A stretch of DNA of 64,000 nt from Octopus vulgaris (GCA_951406725.2 OX597817.1:147932001-147996000); one strand, 5' to 3'; shown: positions 40,059 through 54,671, numbered from the stretch's first letter. Made by a program: numbers and translations. Notes: generated by a model not told the origin, from the sequence alone.

Positions 40059-40378
40059 TTGTCCCCCTAGCATTGCTTGACAACCGATGCTGGTGTGTTT
40101 ACGTCCCCGTCACTTAGCGGTTCGGCAAAAGAGACCGATAGAATAAGTACTGGGCTTACAAAGAATAAGTCCTGGGGTCGATTTGCTCGACTAAAGGCGG
40201 TGCTCCAGCATGGCCGCAGTCAAATGACTGAAACAAGTAAAAGAGTATACCTATCGGCCGCAGAAACCCGCGATATTCTGAGAATGCCGCGATATAAATT
40301 TACGTATATTAGCCAGAAAAATCCTCGATGTCCTGAGTGTGCGTTAGGTGAACCGCGATATGGCGAGTAATTACTGTA
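39479..40378. mobile_element. Complete pogo/Tigger-like MITE interrupted by a SINE
   Basis: TA-CAGTAATCTCTCT … GCGAGTAATTACTG-TA ends; homologous to the copies at 5486-5995. Confidence 0.8.
39848..40247 (+). mobile_element. Young full-length SINE family A nested in the MITE
   Basis: AGGCGCAGGAGTGGCTGTGTGGTAAG … GAAACAAGTAAAAGAGTA. Confidence 0.95.
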
Positions 40379-40682
40379 TATCTAGCAACTCTTTTTGAGA
40401 TATTTGACCATGTAGCTACACATATATTGGCACCTGGGCAAGGATATTTGAGGGCGTCTCGTTGATGTCCATGCATGCAGTTTTTCTCTCTCCGTTCCAC
40501 TCATCTTGTCCGAAGGAATGGTCACTACCTTAGAGCCGACAGAGTGTGAATAAGCTTCATTTAACCATAGGCAACGGGTACCGCAGGGCATCCCGATTCT
40601 CGGGCTTACTTTGTTAGCAATATAAACGTGTACGTGCGTGCGTGTTTGAGTACGCGCGCGCGCGCGTGTGTGCGTATGTGTG

Positions 40683-40815
40683 CTTCCTGGTGTCACACGA
40701 TTTCGCATTCAGTTCCACTGTGTGGCACGTTGGGCAAGTGTCTTTAACCATATCCTCCGGCCGACCAAAGCCTTGTGAGTGAATTTAGTACATGGAAACT
40801 GAAAGAAGCCTGTCG

Positions 40816-40847
<32 letters not shown>

Positions 40848-41077
40848 TGTGCGTGTGTATGTGTGTGTGTATGTGTGCGTGCATGTGTGTGTGTGTTTGT
40901 GTGTCTATGTTTGTCTCCTCAACATCACTTCAAATCCGATGTTGGTGTGTTTACGTTTCCCGTAACTTAGCTATTCGGCAAAAGACACCGATAGAACAAT
41001 TAGATTTGTTCGACTAAAGGCGGGGCTCCAGAATGGCCGCTGTCAAATGACTGAAGCAAGTAAAAGAATAAAAGAAC
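40683..41077 (+). mobile_element. SINE family A (diverged)
   Basis: CORE-like GGCACGTTGGGCAAGTG and tail GACTAAAGGCGGGGCTCCAG. Confidence 0.85.
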
Positions 41078-41458
41078 ATATGATATCATGAGTTGAAAAA
41101 ATTTTCCGCCGCAATTTTCCAGACGATTTTTTAAACAAAAACCCTCGACACAGGATTTGAACTGCGAAGAATAAACAGCAACAAAAATAACTCATGGGAA
41201 TAAATGTAACAAGTTTATTGGGTGGGAACTTTTGAAGAGTGTAGGCAGAGTAGACCGAAGATGACCCGTTCTTTGAAGTTAAAAGGGAAAGCGGTGAACT
41301 TGTTTTGGCTTTATTACAGTTCCTCAGCAAAGTAAGCTCTGCTCCATTGGCAAGACTAATGACCATATATATACATACATACACACATACATACATACAT
41401 ACATACATACATACATACATACATACATACATACATACATACATACATACATACTTAC

Positions 41459-41489
<31 letters not shown>

Positions 41490-41566
41490 ATGACACGAGG
41501 GAATACAGCGTTAACGATTATGATGATCTACAATATGGCTGAACGATACATATAAACATACGTGTA

Positions 41567-41613
<47 letters not shown>

Positions 41614-41835
41614 ATATATGAATATGCATGTGTATATAAATGTGTGCATGTGTGCATATATGTGAGATATTTATATAAGTTGAGTATGTATGTGTGTCTG
41701 TATGTATTATACACAATACACACAAACAGATGCTGAACAGATGCAAATACACACACATACCTAAACAATATATATATGTGTGTGTGTAGGTACAGATGTA
41801 GATAGTTGAATATAGATACATGCAGCGAGAGATAA

Positions 41836-41880
<45 letters not shown>

Positions 41881-42673
41881 GAGGGGGTGAAATATGTGTC
41901 TGTGTGTCTAATATATGTCTAAAAGTTATAGATGTGATTTAGATTTGTATACGAGTTTATGTTAATATATTTGCCTCTCACTCTCTCTTTCACTACCTCT
42001 CATCTCAGCTCCCCCTCTTTACATACGCATATACATACACGCACACAGAGATGCAAATACATATAGTAACCTATACACAAAACAAATGCTTGTATCAAAG
42101 TAATTCAGTTCACATTGGGTTTCTTCTTTAAAGTTCGCAATTATAGAAATAATAGCTTTTCACCAAGCAACAAAGCTTTTACATCGAAATAATGAGACAG
42201 CCCCATATGTACAGTAATTATAAATGTATACAAAAATGTAACCCCCCACACACACACAACTTATATCTATGAATCTGAATATTCGTATATGGCCCTTCAT
42301 GTTTGTTTAAGTTCGGTTTCCTTGTATGTGTCCACTGTCCTGTTTTTGTTCCCAAATTTGACCCTACATAAATCCCAAATTTTGTTTAGGTACTTATAAA
42401 GAGTGACTGTCTTCAAAGACTCATATTGTCGTTGAATGCCCGAAGTGAGGAGTAACGCAGCCGACAACTGATGAAGGGTCGTTCTTTATGTTACTTGTCC
42501 TGTTTTCCATTTGTTTCTCTTGATGTTTGTGTATTTAACTCATTTGACTTCGTATTTCATGTTGTTCACTGTTGGTTCTGTATGTCTTGTACCCACATAC
42601 GCATGATCTCGTGTGTACCGTTGGCGATTTTTTTTCCTCTGTCTTCCCTTCTCTGGATCTTTCCTTTTCCTAT

Positions 42674-42708
42674 GTTTCCGACGAAGAGCTCCGCTCAAAA
42701 CGTTAAAC
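42674..42708 (+). ncRNA. Decayed minimal hammerhead motif (F7) in a pLTR-like module at ~42290-42810
   Basis: GTTT-CCGACGA-A-GAGC tcc GCTC-AAAA-CG-TT-AAAC; helices intact, core has U4>C and G12>A. Confidence 0.5.
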
Positions 42709-42813
42709 CCTCATTCTTTCCTTCTTTCCTGAGCGTCCAATAATACTATATTTGTTCCACGTCCTCGCGTTGTTGTGTTTTTTGTGCTTTCTTGTTTGGA
42801 TTAACTTTACATA

Positions 42814-42874
<61 letters not shown>

Positions 42875-42931
42875 TAATGTCTATTTACCAATGTATATGT
42901 ATCCCTCTATTAACATTGTTCTAATTAGGAC

Positions 42932-43105
42932 GATGTTAAGAATGAGATGAGTCTCTTATTGAAAAGTTTCAAATTTACCCCGACAACCACCTCTAGTCTC
43001 ATTGAACTTAAAGCCGAAATTGAGCATTTTAACTGTCACCTCCGACTTATAGAATGTTTCGGCAATAAGAATATGAATGACGAATCACTTGTCAGAAATA
43101 ATTCC
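42932..43105 (+). mobile_element. Penelope-like ORF N-terminal fragment
   Basis: KNEMSLLLKSFKFTPTTTSSLIELKAEIEHFNCHLRLIECFG…DESLVRNNS resembles PLE E..LL.KGL.F.PT…EL..D…F.R.LRL.E.F…SLV…S. Confidence 0.6.
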
Positions 43106-43516
43106 TGGGGCTAAAAAGTATTAAAAAAAGAGGTAGTAACATCGTCCTAATCAAAGCTGGCACCTTACGTTGGCAAATAGGCTTTACTCTGTAGTACCGT
43201 TACTACTTACTTCTCGCTCAGAGATTTAAAACTCTGTGTGTGTGTTTCACCTTACACACACACACACACACACACACACACTCGTGTATATATATATATA
43301 TTCTGCATACCGAATTCACTCATATACCGTTTGTCAGCCTGAGAGTAGGGTAGAAGATACTTGTCCATGGTTTCACGCAGTGGAACTGAACATTGTTCCA
43401 TGCGGTTCGGAATATTATCACTTACTTAGGTCTATATAGTCTATACAGTCTGCAACTATATAGCCGCACCAAGTATGTTTTCTATAGATATATTTAGGAT
43501 GAATGTATGTGTGTGT

Positions 43517-43585
<69 letters not shown>

Positions 43586-44511
43586 CTGTTCTCATTTAGA
43601 ATCTCATTGGCGAGGCTTTAAAGAAAATATATGCAAAAACTTAGTGCGTCCTCTTATCGCCATCCTTTCCCTAAGAATTAATTCTTGTAAAATTTTATTA
43701 TTCCAGATAGAATGATCGAGCACATTGCGTACATTCTAGAGATGTTTTCTTTCCCTAAAAATCGAAATTAAACCGTGTTTTCCCCAAGCGTTTGTTACAT
43801 ATTTTTCAGCTTTAACAACAATAGTTATAAACCTGAGCGCGTACTTTAGCTACTGGAATGGAAGACTCCACATACACGCTCCGCTATCGGCTGCTTTTTC
43901 TTCTATATTTCACTTGCCACATTGATTAGTAGAAAAGGCAGTTTTTTTCTTTACTGTTGTCCCGAACAACAATATGAGGTTATGTTTTAATTTGATTGCT
44001 GTTTTTATTATTTGTTAGCACCAATATTCTTTTGATCCATCGATCGCAATATGACTTTTTTTTGCCCCAAAGTCTCCCAAAACTAAAAGCCCATAATTAA
44101 ATATTATCCTAATATAATTAGACTAACAGTGAAGGCAAACTTGCAGTATCAATATATGTCATAATGCAAGGAACAATAACGTCATAATTCAAGAACCCTT
44201 TAACAAATTCAACCGTACGAAACTGAACGATATCGCTGTACAACTAGTCTCTAAGGAATGGAAAAGATTCACAGACAATAAGAATATCAAACATATATTA
44301 CCATCATCACCTATCTGCGGATACATTTATGTATATATATACATAAATATATATACATACATTCATATATACATACATACATATATACATACATATATAC
44401 ATACATACACACATACATATGATACACACACATACAAATATTTATGTCTATATGGATATATATGCATATATGTATGTATCTATCTATATATGTATACATA
44501 TATATACATAC

Positions 44512-44636
<125 letters not shown>

Positions 44637-44917
44637 CAGATAGATTCATATATACACACATATATATATATATACATACATATATATATATGTGTATATA
44701 CATACACATGTATACCTAAGTACATATTGAAACTTCTACGCCCTAATGCATGAGGAAGACCATTTAGCTATAGTGATGGTATGTGCAACAAGGAACTAAG
44801 CAGCCAACTAAGCTAACGGGAGACAGAGATATCTGGCGTGATGTGCGGAAGTGTTTCTCGAATGCAGCTCATTGAAAGTGGTACTTTAATTATGTAATCA
44901 TTTGTGAGCAGAAATGA

Positions 44918-45065
44918 ATGTGTGGTAAGAAGCTTGCATCCCAACCACCTGCTTTCGGGTACATTCTACTGTGTGGCACCTTCACCGAGCGTCTATTACT
45001 ATAGCTTTGAGTAGATCGAAAACTTGTGAGTGGATTTAGTAGGCGAAAACTGGAAGAAGCCCGTC

Positions 45066-45136
<71 letters not shown>

Positions 45137-45487
45137 TGATAATAAATAGGGCACTAATTAAGAATGAGAAGTGGATCATTGGTGTTTCCAAGTCATTATT
45201 TAATTAAATAATGACTTTAAAACACCAATGACCATTTTCTTATCGTCTCTCTCTATATTAAACCACGGTTTTACCTTTAAATTACCTACTACCGTATACC
45301 TTATAACAAGGACCAGACATACTGAGGTAATACACCAGGAGTGCCTATGGATACATCTATCCCTCAGAGGGTTACATTACCTCTAACTTATATCTCCCTA
45401 CACAATATATGTATGTATGTATGTATGCATGTATGTATGTATGTATGTATGTATGTATGTATGTATGTATGTATGTATGTATGTATG

Positions 45488-45531
<44 letters not shown>

Positions 45532-45668
45532 GTTTGTGTGCGTGAGTGTATGTGTGTGTGTCTTTATGCTTGTATTTGTCCTCTAGAATCGCTTGACAAT
45601 CGGTATCGTGAGTGGATTTGGTAGACGGAAACTGAAAGAAGCCCGTCGTATATATGTATGTATGTATG

Positions 45669-45705
<37 letters not shown>

Positions 45706-45916
45706 ATGTTTGTGTGTCTGTGTTTGTCCCTCCAACATCGTTTGACAACCGATGCTGGTGTGTTTACGTCCCCGTAACGTAGCGGTTCGGCAAAAGAGAC
45801 CAATAGGATAAGTACTAGGCTTACAAAGAAAAAGCCCTGGGGTCGATTTGCTCGAGTAAAGGCCGTGCTCCAGCATGGCCACATTCACATGAGTGAAACA
45901 AGTAAAAGAGTAAAAG
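44918..45916 (+). mobile_element. SINE family A pieces separated by a hairpin-containing insert (45130-45405)
   Basis: Head at 44918-45068, then (TA)n(GA)n, the insert, and SINE body from ~45530 with an internally repeated segment. Confidence 0.75.
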
Positions 45917-46098
45917 ACAGTGTCTCATTAATAGCTCGTAATTAGACTTTTGAAATTAGCCGTACATATGGATACGTATATGAATATATGTTTGTAAACT
46001 TGTTCAACTCCCATACATACATACATACATACATACATACATACATACATACATACATACATACATACATACATGCATGCATACATACATACATACAT

Positions 46099-46437
46099 GG
46101 TAGCACTCCGTCGTTTACGACGGTGACTGTTCCAGTCGATCCGATCAACGGAACAGCCTGGTCGCGACACGTGTATTGTTAGCGTAGTTCTCGGAGAGAT
46201 TCAGCGTGACACAGAGTGTGACAAGGCTGGCCCTTTGAAATACAAGTACAACAGAAACAGGAAGAAAGGAGAGAAACTTGTGGGGAAATGGTACAGCAGG
46301 GTTCCCAACCCTACCCCTTGCCGGAGCCACGTGCAGCTTTAGGTATTCGCTTTAGGTGATTCACAGTTTGGGAATCAAAACTGCGATCCTACGACAGCAA
46401 GTCCACTACCCTAACCACAGGGCCATTGCGTCTCCAC
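46099..46437 (-). mobile_element. Chimeric SINE: family C head joined to family D tail
   Basis: Minus strand GGAGACGCAATGGCCCTGTGGTTAGGG…CCTAAAGCT…TTTCTTCCTGTTTCT (as in 9654-9850), then CTTGTATTTCAAAGGGCCAGCC…GACGGAGTGC (as in 6130-6303). Confidence 0.85.
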
Positions 46438-46484
46438 ATACAAGCATACGCAATACATATATACATACTATACATACGTATAAT

Positions 46485-46850
46485 CTCTTTTACTCTTGTA
46501 CTTGTTTCAGTCATTTGGCTGCGGCCATGCTGGGGCACCGCCTTTAGTCGAGCAAATCGACACCAGGACTTATTCTTTGTAAACCTAGTACTTATTCTAA
46601 GTTACAGGGACGTAAACTCACCAGCATCGGTTGTCAAGTGATGTTGGAGATGGGGAAAACACTGACACACAAACATATATACATATAAACGATGAGTTTC
46701 TTTCATTTTCCGTCTACCAAATCCACTCACAAGGCTTTGGTTGTCCCGAGGCTTTAGTAGAAGACACTTGCCCAAGGTGCCACGCAGTGGGACCGAACCC
46801 GGAACCATGTGGTTGGTAAGCAAGCTACTTACCACACAACCACTCCTGCG

Positions 46851-46851
<1 letters not shown>
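46485..46851 (-). mobile_element. SINE family A
   Basis: Reverse-complement match to 39848-40247. Confidence 0.9.
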
Positions 46852-46911
<60 letters not shown>

Positions 46912-47320
46912 TATACATATATACACATACACGCATATGTATATGTAAAATGCACGCGTGAATGCGATTACGTGTGTATGGCTTCCAATTCACTCAAGAA
47001 AATACAAAATCTTTTATAAAATAATAAGATTATTAATGCAGAGTTCACTTACTAGAATCGATTATCGGTAGAACGTAGCTTAATCTACATCTTTATTGGT
47101 AGATTATCACATTATTTAATTGTTCCAAAAATGACTCAGCACTTAATCAATCAATCTCGTTACCAAGGAAACCGAATAAAATAAAAGAGTGCCAAATAAA
47201 GATTAATAAAAATGAAAGGAAAAGAAGAGAAAGAAACACAACAATCCGCTTTTCACCCTCCCCTGTCCACAAACCCGATGAGGGGTAGGTGGACACAGGC
47301 ACACACACACATGCATGCGC

Positions 47321-47385
<65 letters not shown>

Positions 47386-47579
47386 CATATGTGAGCATAG
47401 ATAGGTAGAGAGAGAGGCGGGGGGGGGAGAGAAAGACTGATCTTCTCTGCTACGTCTTTCTCCTCTGACTTCTTCCTCGATTACTTCGTCTTAATATAAC
47501 AAACCGTTTCATCCGTTCCGCCTCTCCACTCGGGCGTTGTTGTTGTTAACATTGCACAATCACCGAGAGCAGCGCCCAA

Positions 47580-47606
47580 ACACCACCAATACTACTGCTA
47601 CTGCTG

Positions 47607-47644
<38 letters not shown>

Positions 47645-47682
47645 GCTGCTGCTACTGCTGCTGCTGCTATTACAACAAGAAA

Positions 47683-47745
<63 letters not shown>

Positions 47746-47950
47746 TACTACTCCTGCTATTACAAGAACTACTACTACTATTACTACTATTACTGCTGCT
47801 GCTATTACAAGAACTACTACTACTACTACAACAACTACTACCACTACTGCTGCTGCTGCTGCTATTACAAAAAGAACTACTACTACTACTGCTGCTGCTG
47901 TTACTGCTACTATGAAAATATTAACAATAATAAGAACAACAATAAGAACA
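47580..47950. repeat. (ACT)n/(GCT)n compound microsatellite punctuated by GCTATTACAA..AGAA
   Basis: Visible directly; source of the Thr/Ala-rich pseudo-ORF. Confidence 0.9.
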
Positions 47951-49423
47951 CAAGCATCATAATCGATCTGCTAGAGATAAGAGCCAAATCTTTCTCAAAG
48001 CATATTAAAAGTTCTTAAAAAAATAAAAGGCAGATCCCTTAATATATTCTTAGATTAACTACTTGAGTGTACCGGATGGCCATGGTTAGATTTCATTCGA
48101 CCCGAGGTCTCATCGACCACGGTTGAGCTAAGACAAAAAAAGTACACCAAAAAACAAAACAAAACAAAAAATACCAGCAATAGCTCAATTTGTATAATTG
48201 CTTCTATTAATAATGAAGCCGCCATTTCAACCACTACTGCCAACATGATCACCATCATCATCATGAACATGATCGTGATCATCGTGATCATCGTGATCAT
48301 CATCATCATAGCCAACACTAGCTTCATTGCTGTTATATTGTGTGATATCAGTGAACTGGGTAGAAACGGAGAGAATGCTTGTGCAAAAGTTCGTGACTTC
48401 TATGTCTATAAACGTCGCCATTATTTGTGAGGCCATTAACAGTTCAATCATAACCACACCCTGCACTACAATCAACATATCATACCGCAATTATCTTCAT
48501 TGTCATTGATGTCACTGTATAAAACAAGAAACAAACACAACGAAAACTACTATATAAGGAAAATAATCACTGCTAACATTGCTAAATTCATATGCACCAC
48601 AATACGTTGCAATTATCAATATTCTGACCATAACTACAAACACGACATTCAAAGATCCTACATCATCATAGGCACTACTATGCATAATAGCAACATGACC
48701 AGAGGCACTAGATCCGCTTCCTGCACAGCCATCATCGACATCCGCTAAACTGTACGGTATATATCATATCGCTACCGACTTCCGCAACACCGCGCCAACA
48801 TGACAAACAGAATCATAACCCTTGCCGCCATCGTCACAATATGCTAGTCCACGCTTCGAATTTCGAACAAACTACGTGACATACAAGCGCTTTTTTTTTC
48901 CTCCAATCGAGCTAGTCAACAAGGTGGGTTTTGTTAGACAAATATTTGAAGAATAAAATTGAAGAGAATAGAATAGAATAGGAGAGAGAGCGAGGGGCGG
49001 AGAGGGAGAGAGAGAGTGAAAGTGAGAGGGGGCGATAAAGAGGAAGGTGGTAGTTGATATTCAAATGAGAGTAGGGTAGAGAGAGTGACGCTAAATGGGA
49101 ATGAAGATGATAAAGAATAAATCAAAATTATTTATGTCTGTTTACATGTGTATGTATGCGTATGTATGTGTATACAGACATAAACACACACACACATACG
49201 CACACACCTATATCTGCATATGTATAAAGTTATATATGCACATGTATATATATATAGCTATATATATACCTATATATAGACCTATGTACATATATATATA
49301 TACCTATATATATATATATATGTGCATGTGTATGTGTATATATATATGCACACATATATAGTCGCCATGATAGATCGGTAGCCACTACACATATTTTTCC
49401 TCTCCTTGTTTTCTTCTATGTCC

Positions 49424-49459
49424 CTTTCTGTAGAAGAGCGTAGTCTCGAAACATAAAAG
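49424..49459 (+). ncRNA. F6 hammerhead-like motif, copy 2 (module 49362-49553)
   Basis: CTTT-CTGTAGA-A-GAGC gtag TCTC-GAAA-CA-TA-AAAG. Confidence 0.45.
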
Positions 49460-49557
49460 TCTTTCTCACTTTCCCGAGCGTCAAACTAATACACCTGCTT
49501 GTTGTCTATACACCTGTCTTCGTCCTTTGCTTTTACAATAAATTTCTACTATATACA

Positions 49558-49949
49558 TGTGTGGTAAGTAGCTTGCTTACAAACTACATGGTTCCGGATT
49601 CAGTCCCACTGCATGGTACCTTGCGCAAGTGTCTTCTCCTATAGCCTCGGGCCGACCAAAGCCTTGTGAATGGACATGGTAAACGGAAACTGAAAGAAGC
49701 CCGTCGTATATATATGTATGTGTGTGTGTGTTTGTGTGTCTGTGTTTGTCTCCCCTCCCGCCAACATCGCTTGACAACCGATGCTGGTGTGTTTGCATCC
49801 CCGTAAGCTAGCGGATCGGCAAAATAGACCGATAGAATAAGTACTAGGTTTAAAAAGAATAAGTTCTGGGGTCGATTTACTCGACTAAAGGCGGTGCTTC
49901 AGCATGGCCGCAGTCAAATGACTAAAACAAGTAAAAGAGTATAAAAAGA

Positions 49950-49970
<21 letters not shown>
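49558..49970 (+). mobile_element. SINE family A
   Basis: Body and tail match. Confidence 0.9.
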
Positions 49971-50015
<45 letters not shown>

Positions 50016-50734
50016 GTACGCTTTTTGGTCTTTCTCTTCCCTTTCTCTTAAGTATGTTGGAACGTAGCAAGTTTCAATTCAATAGTGTTTAGTTTTTGTA
50101 GTTCTTCAGGTTTTAGTTTTCTTAGCTTGTAATTTTAATTTTAGATTTTAAATTTTAAATTTTGAATTTAACTTTAATTCTTAATCCTTTATCTCGTATA
50201 ATTTAATTGCTATTAAACTTGAAATATAATTTTAAATATCTGTACGAAACACGAAACTATTCTCCTTTCTGACCTCACCTAGGTCGTTCCCCTCTTTAAT
50301 ATCTGACCTCTCACCTCGATGCAATGCTGACTTGTTTCTATCATTACCTTTACTTTTATTTTATCTTTATTCTTAATATTACCCAGTTACCCTATCTTTT
50401 TATTCCTTTCACCTCTCTCACTTTCTTCACCATATGCACCCACTCACAGAACCCATTTATCTCTATCTCACATTCTCGCTCTATATACACATGTACACAC
50501 TATCGCTTCAATATGAAAGCATCATTCAAAATACTGCCGAAGTACTACCTGAATTTACCTGGGATTTTAATTAAGGTCCTGTACCTTCACAGAGGTACCG
50601 ACTAACATCCATATACCTTTACTCGTTATTCTTCTATCTACAATTTCATTCTTTTATTTTATTCCATATAAACTGTGAATCTATTTTATTCCTTATAAAT
50701 TGTTAATTTCCCCTGTCTAAAATATTCACACCTT

Positions 50735-50810
50735 GTTTCTGATGACGGAATACTCATTGCATGAACATACTAATCTACCACTTGTGTTATTGGAGAAACG
50801 GCTGTAAGAC
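50735..50810 (+). ncRNA. Hammerhead-like motif with long stem-loop II (F8) near the end of a pyrimidine-rich pLTR-like tract (~50050-50910)
   Basis: GTTT-CTGATGA-CGGAATA…TATTGGA-GAAA-CGGCTG-TA-AGAC; core intact, helix II degenerate. Confidence 0.5.
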
Positions 50811-51119
50811 TTCCAATTCAACTTTTCCTAATTAAATTCTTCTAAAAGACTTGAGATACTCGTTCAGTTTTGGTTTTGCTCTTTTCTCTAATATAACATT
50901 ATACAATATTCTCCATCCATCCATCCATCCATCCATCCATACATACATACATACATACATACATACATGCATACATTCATACATAAATACATACATACAT
51001 GCTTACATTCATACATACATACATATATACACACATACGTACACACACATACATATATATATACGCATATATATATTATATATATGCATACATATATATG
51101 CATACATATATATACATAC

Positions 51120-51204
<85 letters not shown>

Positions 51205-51926
51205 TATACATATATGTATATAATATATATTATATAAATATATACATATATATATATTATATAAATATATATATATGTGTGTGTGTGTGTTTATGTCAGC
51301 GTGAAAACCATCTTACGGGGTAGTACAAACACAGACACAAGCAAACGTACAGATGTGTATACATGCATATACACTATCATGCATAATATTACTCTCCATC
51401 CCCCTCTCTCTCTCCCCATATACATACATACATATATATATGTAGTGTATTTCACTTTGTCCACTTTTAGCACAACATAATCTCATCTCCCTCCGTTCCA
51501 CTAACAAAAAAAAAAAAAAAAAAAAAACTAGGTATTCGCCACCACCTGTATAATCACATTGCTAATACATTTATCATAACCAATAAAACAAAATCTAATA
51601 CTATTAACTTCATTGCAGTCTGACAATAGCATTCGTGGTGAATTTCAATGTAAGAACTTGCCAAATTTTAATTTATCAAAATGTTTCTTTTCCTTAACAA
51701 TATTCAGTAATAAAATATTTAGTTTCCAGTTATTTATTGAAAGTTTCAAGTGTATCCATTATTCATAAATAGTTACACATGAAACTTCTATTTAAATTTA
51801 TGTTCTGTGTCAATACATACGTATATACATCCGCATAATATGTATTTACATACCTGTATATATATACATATATACATATATATATATATATATCTATATA
51901 TGTATATATATATATATATATATAAG

Positions 51927-51986
<60 letters not shown>

Positions 51987-52042
51987 CATACATATATACA
52001 TATACATATATATATATGTATATATATAAATATATTTATATA

Positions 52043-52094
<52 letters not shown>

Positions 52095-52475
52095 GAGAGA
52101 TTTTCATATGCATACGTATTATGAATATGTATATGTGTTACACATGTGTGCGTATATTGGAAAACACAAGTATATGTGTGTGTGTGTGTGCGTCGGTGTT
52201 TGTTGCGTCTGTGTGTGTGTGTCCATGTGTCTGTGTGTACGTGTGCTTACCTACCTGTGTATAATCGTGAGCGCCTGCTCCGGTGTGTGTGTGGCTTTTA
52301 CACAATACATTGATCTTAGATTCATTTACCTAATTTAATATTAAATCGCTTCTACTTTTATTAAGATATGTGAACAAATATCGCACACACGCACAAACAC
52401 ATACATGCACGCACTTACACACACGCACGCACGTACGTACAAACATACACACACCCAAACACTCAGAGGCATATA

Positions 52476-52573
<98 letters not shown>

Positions 52574-52574
52574 C

Positions 52575-52638
52575 AGATAACCGAAGAGATGGAGTTGTGG
52601 ATTTCCATCTCAGCATCCGAAACTTTAGAGTTTTATCT
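52575..52638 (+). ncRNA. F3 hammerhead-like motif in a ~105-bp module (52570-52675) wholly embedded in (TA)n
   Basis: AGATAA-CCGAAGA-GATG…CATC-C-GAAA-CTTTAGAG-TT-TTATCT. Confidence 0.55.
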
Positions 52639-52671
52639 TAGGTATTGAATAATTGTCACATATTATTTTAC

Positions 52672-52714
<43 letters not shown>

Positions 52715-52938
52715 TGTATTTATATAAGAAGATATGTATATCTATAGCATTATGGTTATTAAGGCTGGATGATAATAGAGCAGAAATACCACTGGACCTT
52801 ATGGATGTGTATGAGAACACGGGGTACTTTGCCAATTTTGCTCGAAAATTGAGGATGTTTTCACTTTGATGCATAATATATCGTCTACAAATGCACTCGC
52901 AGATGCATTTCTTTGTTTTGTTTAACGTTGCTACACGA

Positions 52939-53360
52939 TAGGCGTAGGAGTGGCTGTGTGGTGAGTAGGTTGCTTACCAACAACGTGGTTCCGGGTTCAG
53001 TCCCACTGTGTGGCACCTTGGGCAAGTGTATTCTACTATAGCTTCGGGTCGTCCAAAGTCTTCTGAGTGCATTTGGTAGACGGAAACTGAAAGAAGCCCG
53101 TCGTATATATGTTTATATATATGTGTATGTATGTGTGTGCGTGTATATGTTTGTGTGTCTGTGTTTGTCCCCACAACATTGCTTGACAACAAATGCTGGT
53201 GTGTTTACGTCCTCGTAACTTAGCGGTTTGGCAAAAGAGAACGAGAGAATATGTACTAGGCTTACAAAGAATAAGTCCTGGGGTCTATTTGTTAGCTCGA
53301 CTAAAGGCGGTGCTCCAGCATGGCCAGAGTCAAATGACTGAAACAAGTAAAAGAGAGTAC
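52939..53360 (+). mobile_element. SINE family A
   Basis: Full-length match. Confidence 0.9.
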
Positions 53361-54444
53361 AGAATAAGAGAGATACTGTTATCAGATGTATAAGGAGAGT
53401 ATCCATCTCATAGTGGTGGGCCGTGAAATGTAAGTGGGGAAATGTGGTACCCTAAAACCAGTAATATTGCTTTTAGGATAGAAAATGTAAATCACTTCAT
53501 GATGAAATTGTGAAGAAAATGAGCTGATAAGAATAGTTGTATTATTAATTTTTAATTAGGCTGAGTAAACATCTGCTGGTATAACAATAGCAGTAACAAT
53601 AGAAAGGAAATAACAAGTATATCAACACAAACGAAAATGGGGCAGCGGTCTGTGGAGACACCTGATATATAATGTAAATTCCCTATAGAGTAAAAAAAAA
53701 TGAACATTTTTACAACTTCAGGTATAAAACATCAATTTATCAATCAGAGAAAATGGAAAATTAGGGGAAACAAAATATGAATGACGAATTCGATAGGTTA
53801 ATTAATACTGGCCGACCATTGAACCGACTAATAAATTAGGGATGAAAAGTTAAGTCGCTCTAGAAAATCAAGACGGAATTTAGCCAATCGGGATGAGATT
53901 ATAAAGGGACAAGGAGAGTCTAAATGACTACTGATGTGGCCGATGCAAAAACGATATATTATTTTACTTGTATTAGTCAAAAGATAGAGATAGAAACAAA
54001 ATTAAAAAGAAAATCTTTGATATTTAGGTAATCAATATAAAAAGTTCACATAAACAGGAAATGGAAACCGGAAAACTGATATATTGATAAACAAGCTGCC
54101 GAATAAAAAAAATATGATAAACAATTGACATTGAATTGGTAAACCCAAATCGATGCTGCAATAAAGCAATAACAAGAGTAAATACACTAAGTATGTTAAA
54201 ATTACTTCATCAGAAGTCAATCCATGAAAACGATAGCTATAGATATAATGATGAACCTGCTAGAAAATATATAAAGAAAACTAGAAAATACAAAAATACG
54301 ATACTTTGTAAAGTATGATTGCGATAGTGTGAAACCCTTGTCTCGAAAACGTATAAAAATCATCCAATAAGTTTAAATAAATAGTATACGTTATACCACT
54401 ACTTTCTTTTTCTCTATGTGTTTATATGATTATATGTATATCTA

Positions 54445-54660
54445 AGGGCGTCGGGCTGGTAGAATCGTTAGCACGCTATGCAAAATGCTCGACGGCATTT
54501 CGTCCGTCTATACAGTCTGAGTTCAAATTCCGCCGAGGTAGATTCTACCATTTATTCCTCTGGGTTCAATAAGATGAGTATCAGTTGAACACTGGGGCCG
54601 ATATAATCGACTTAATCTCGTCCCCTAAATTTCTGACCCCGTTCTAAAATTCGAGACCAA
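54445..54660 (+). mobile_element. SINE family B (diverged)
   Basis: GGGCTGGTAGAATCGTTAGCACG…TCTGAGTTCAAATTCCGCCGAGGT. Confidence 0.85.
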
Positions 54661-54671
54661 CATATCTATAT

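Noticed and set aside
42469-42490. CTGATGAAGGG core half in the F7 module (similarly 34033, 37892 and 54208 on the minus strand)
   Set aside because: No GAAA half at a compatible position.
47537-47962. Mucin-like Thr/Ala ORF
   Set aside because: Almost single-codon (ACT/GCT) microsatellite with no splice or domain support.
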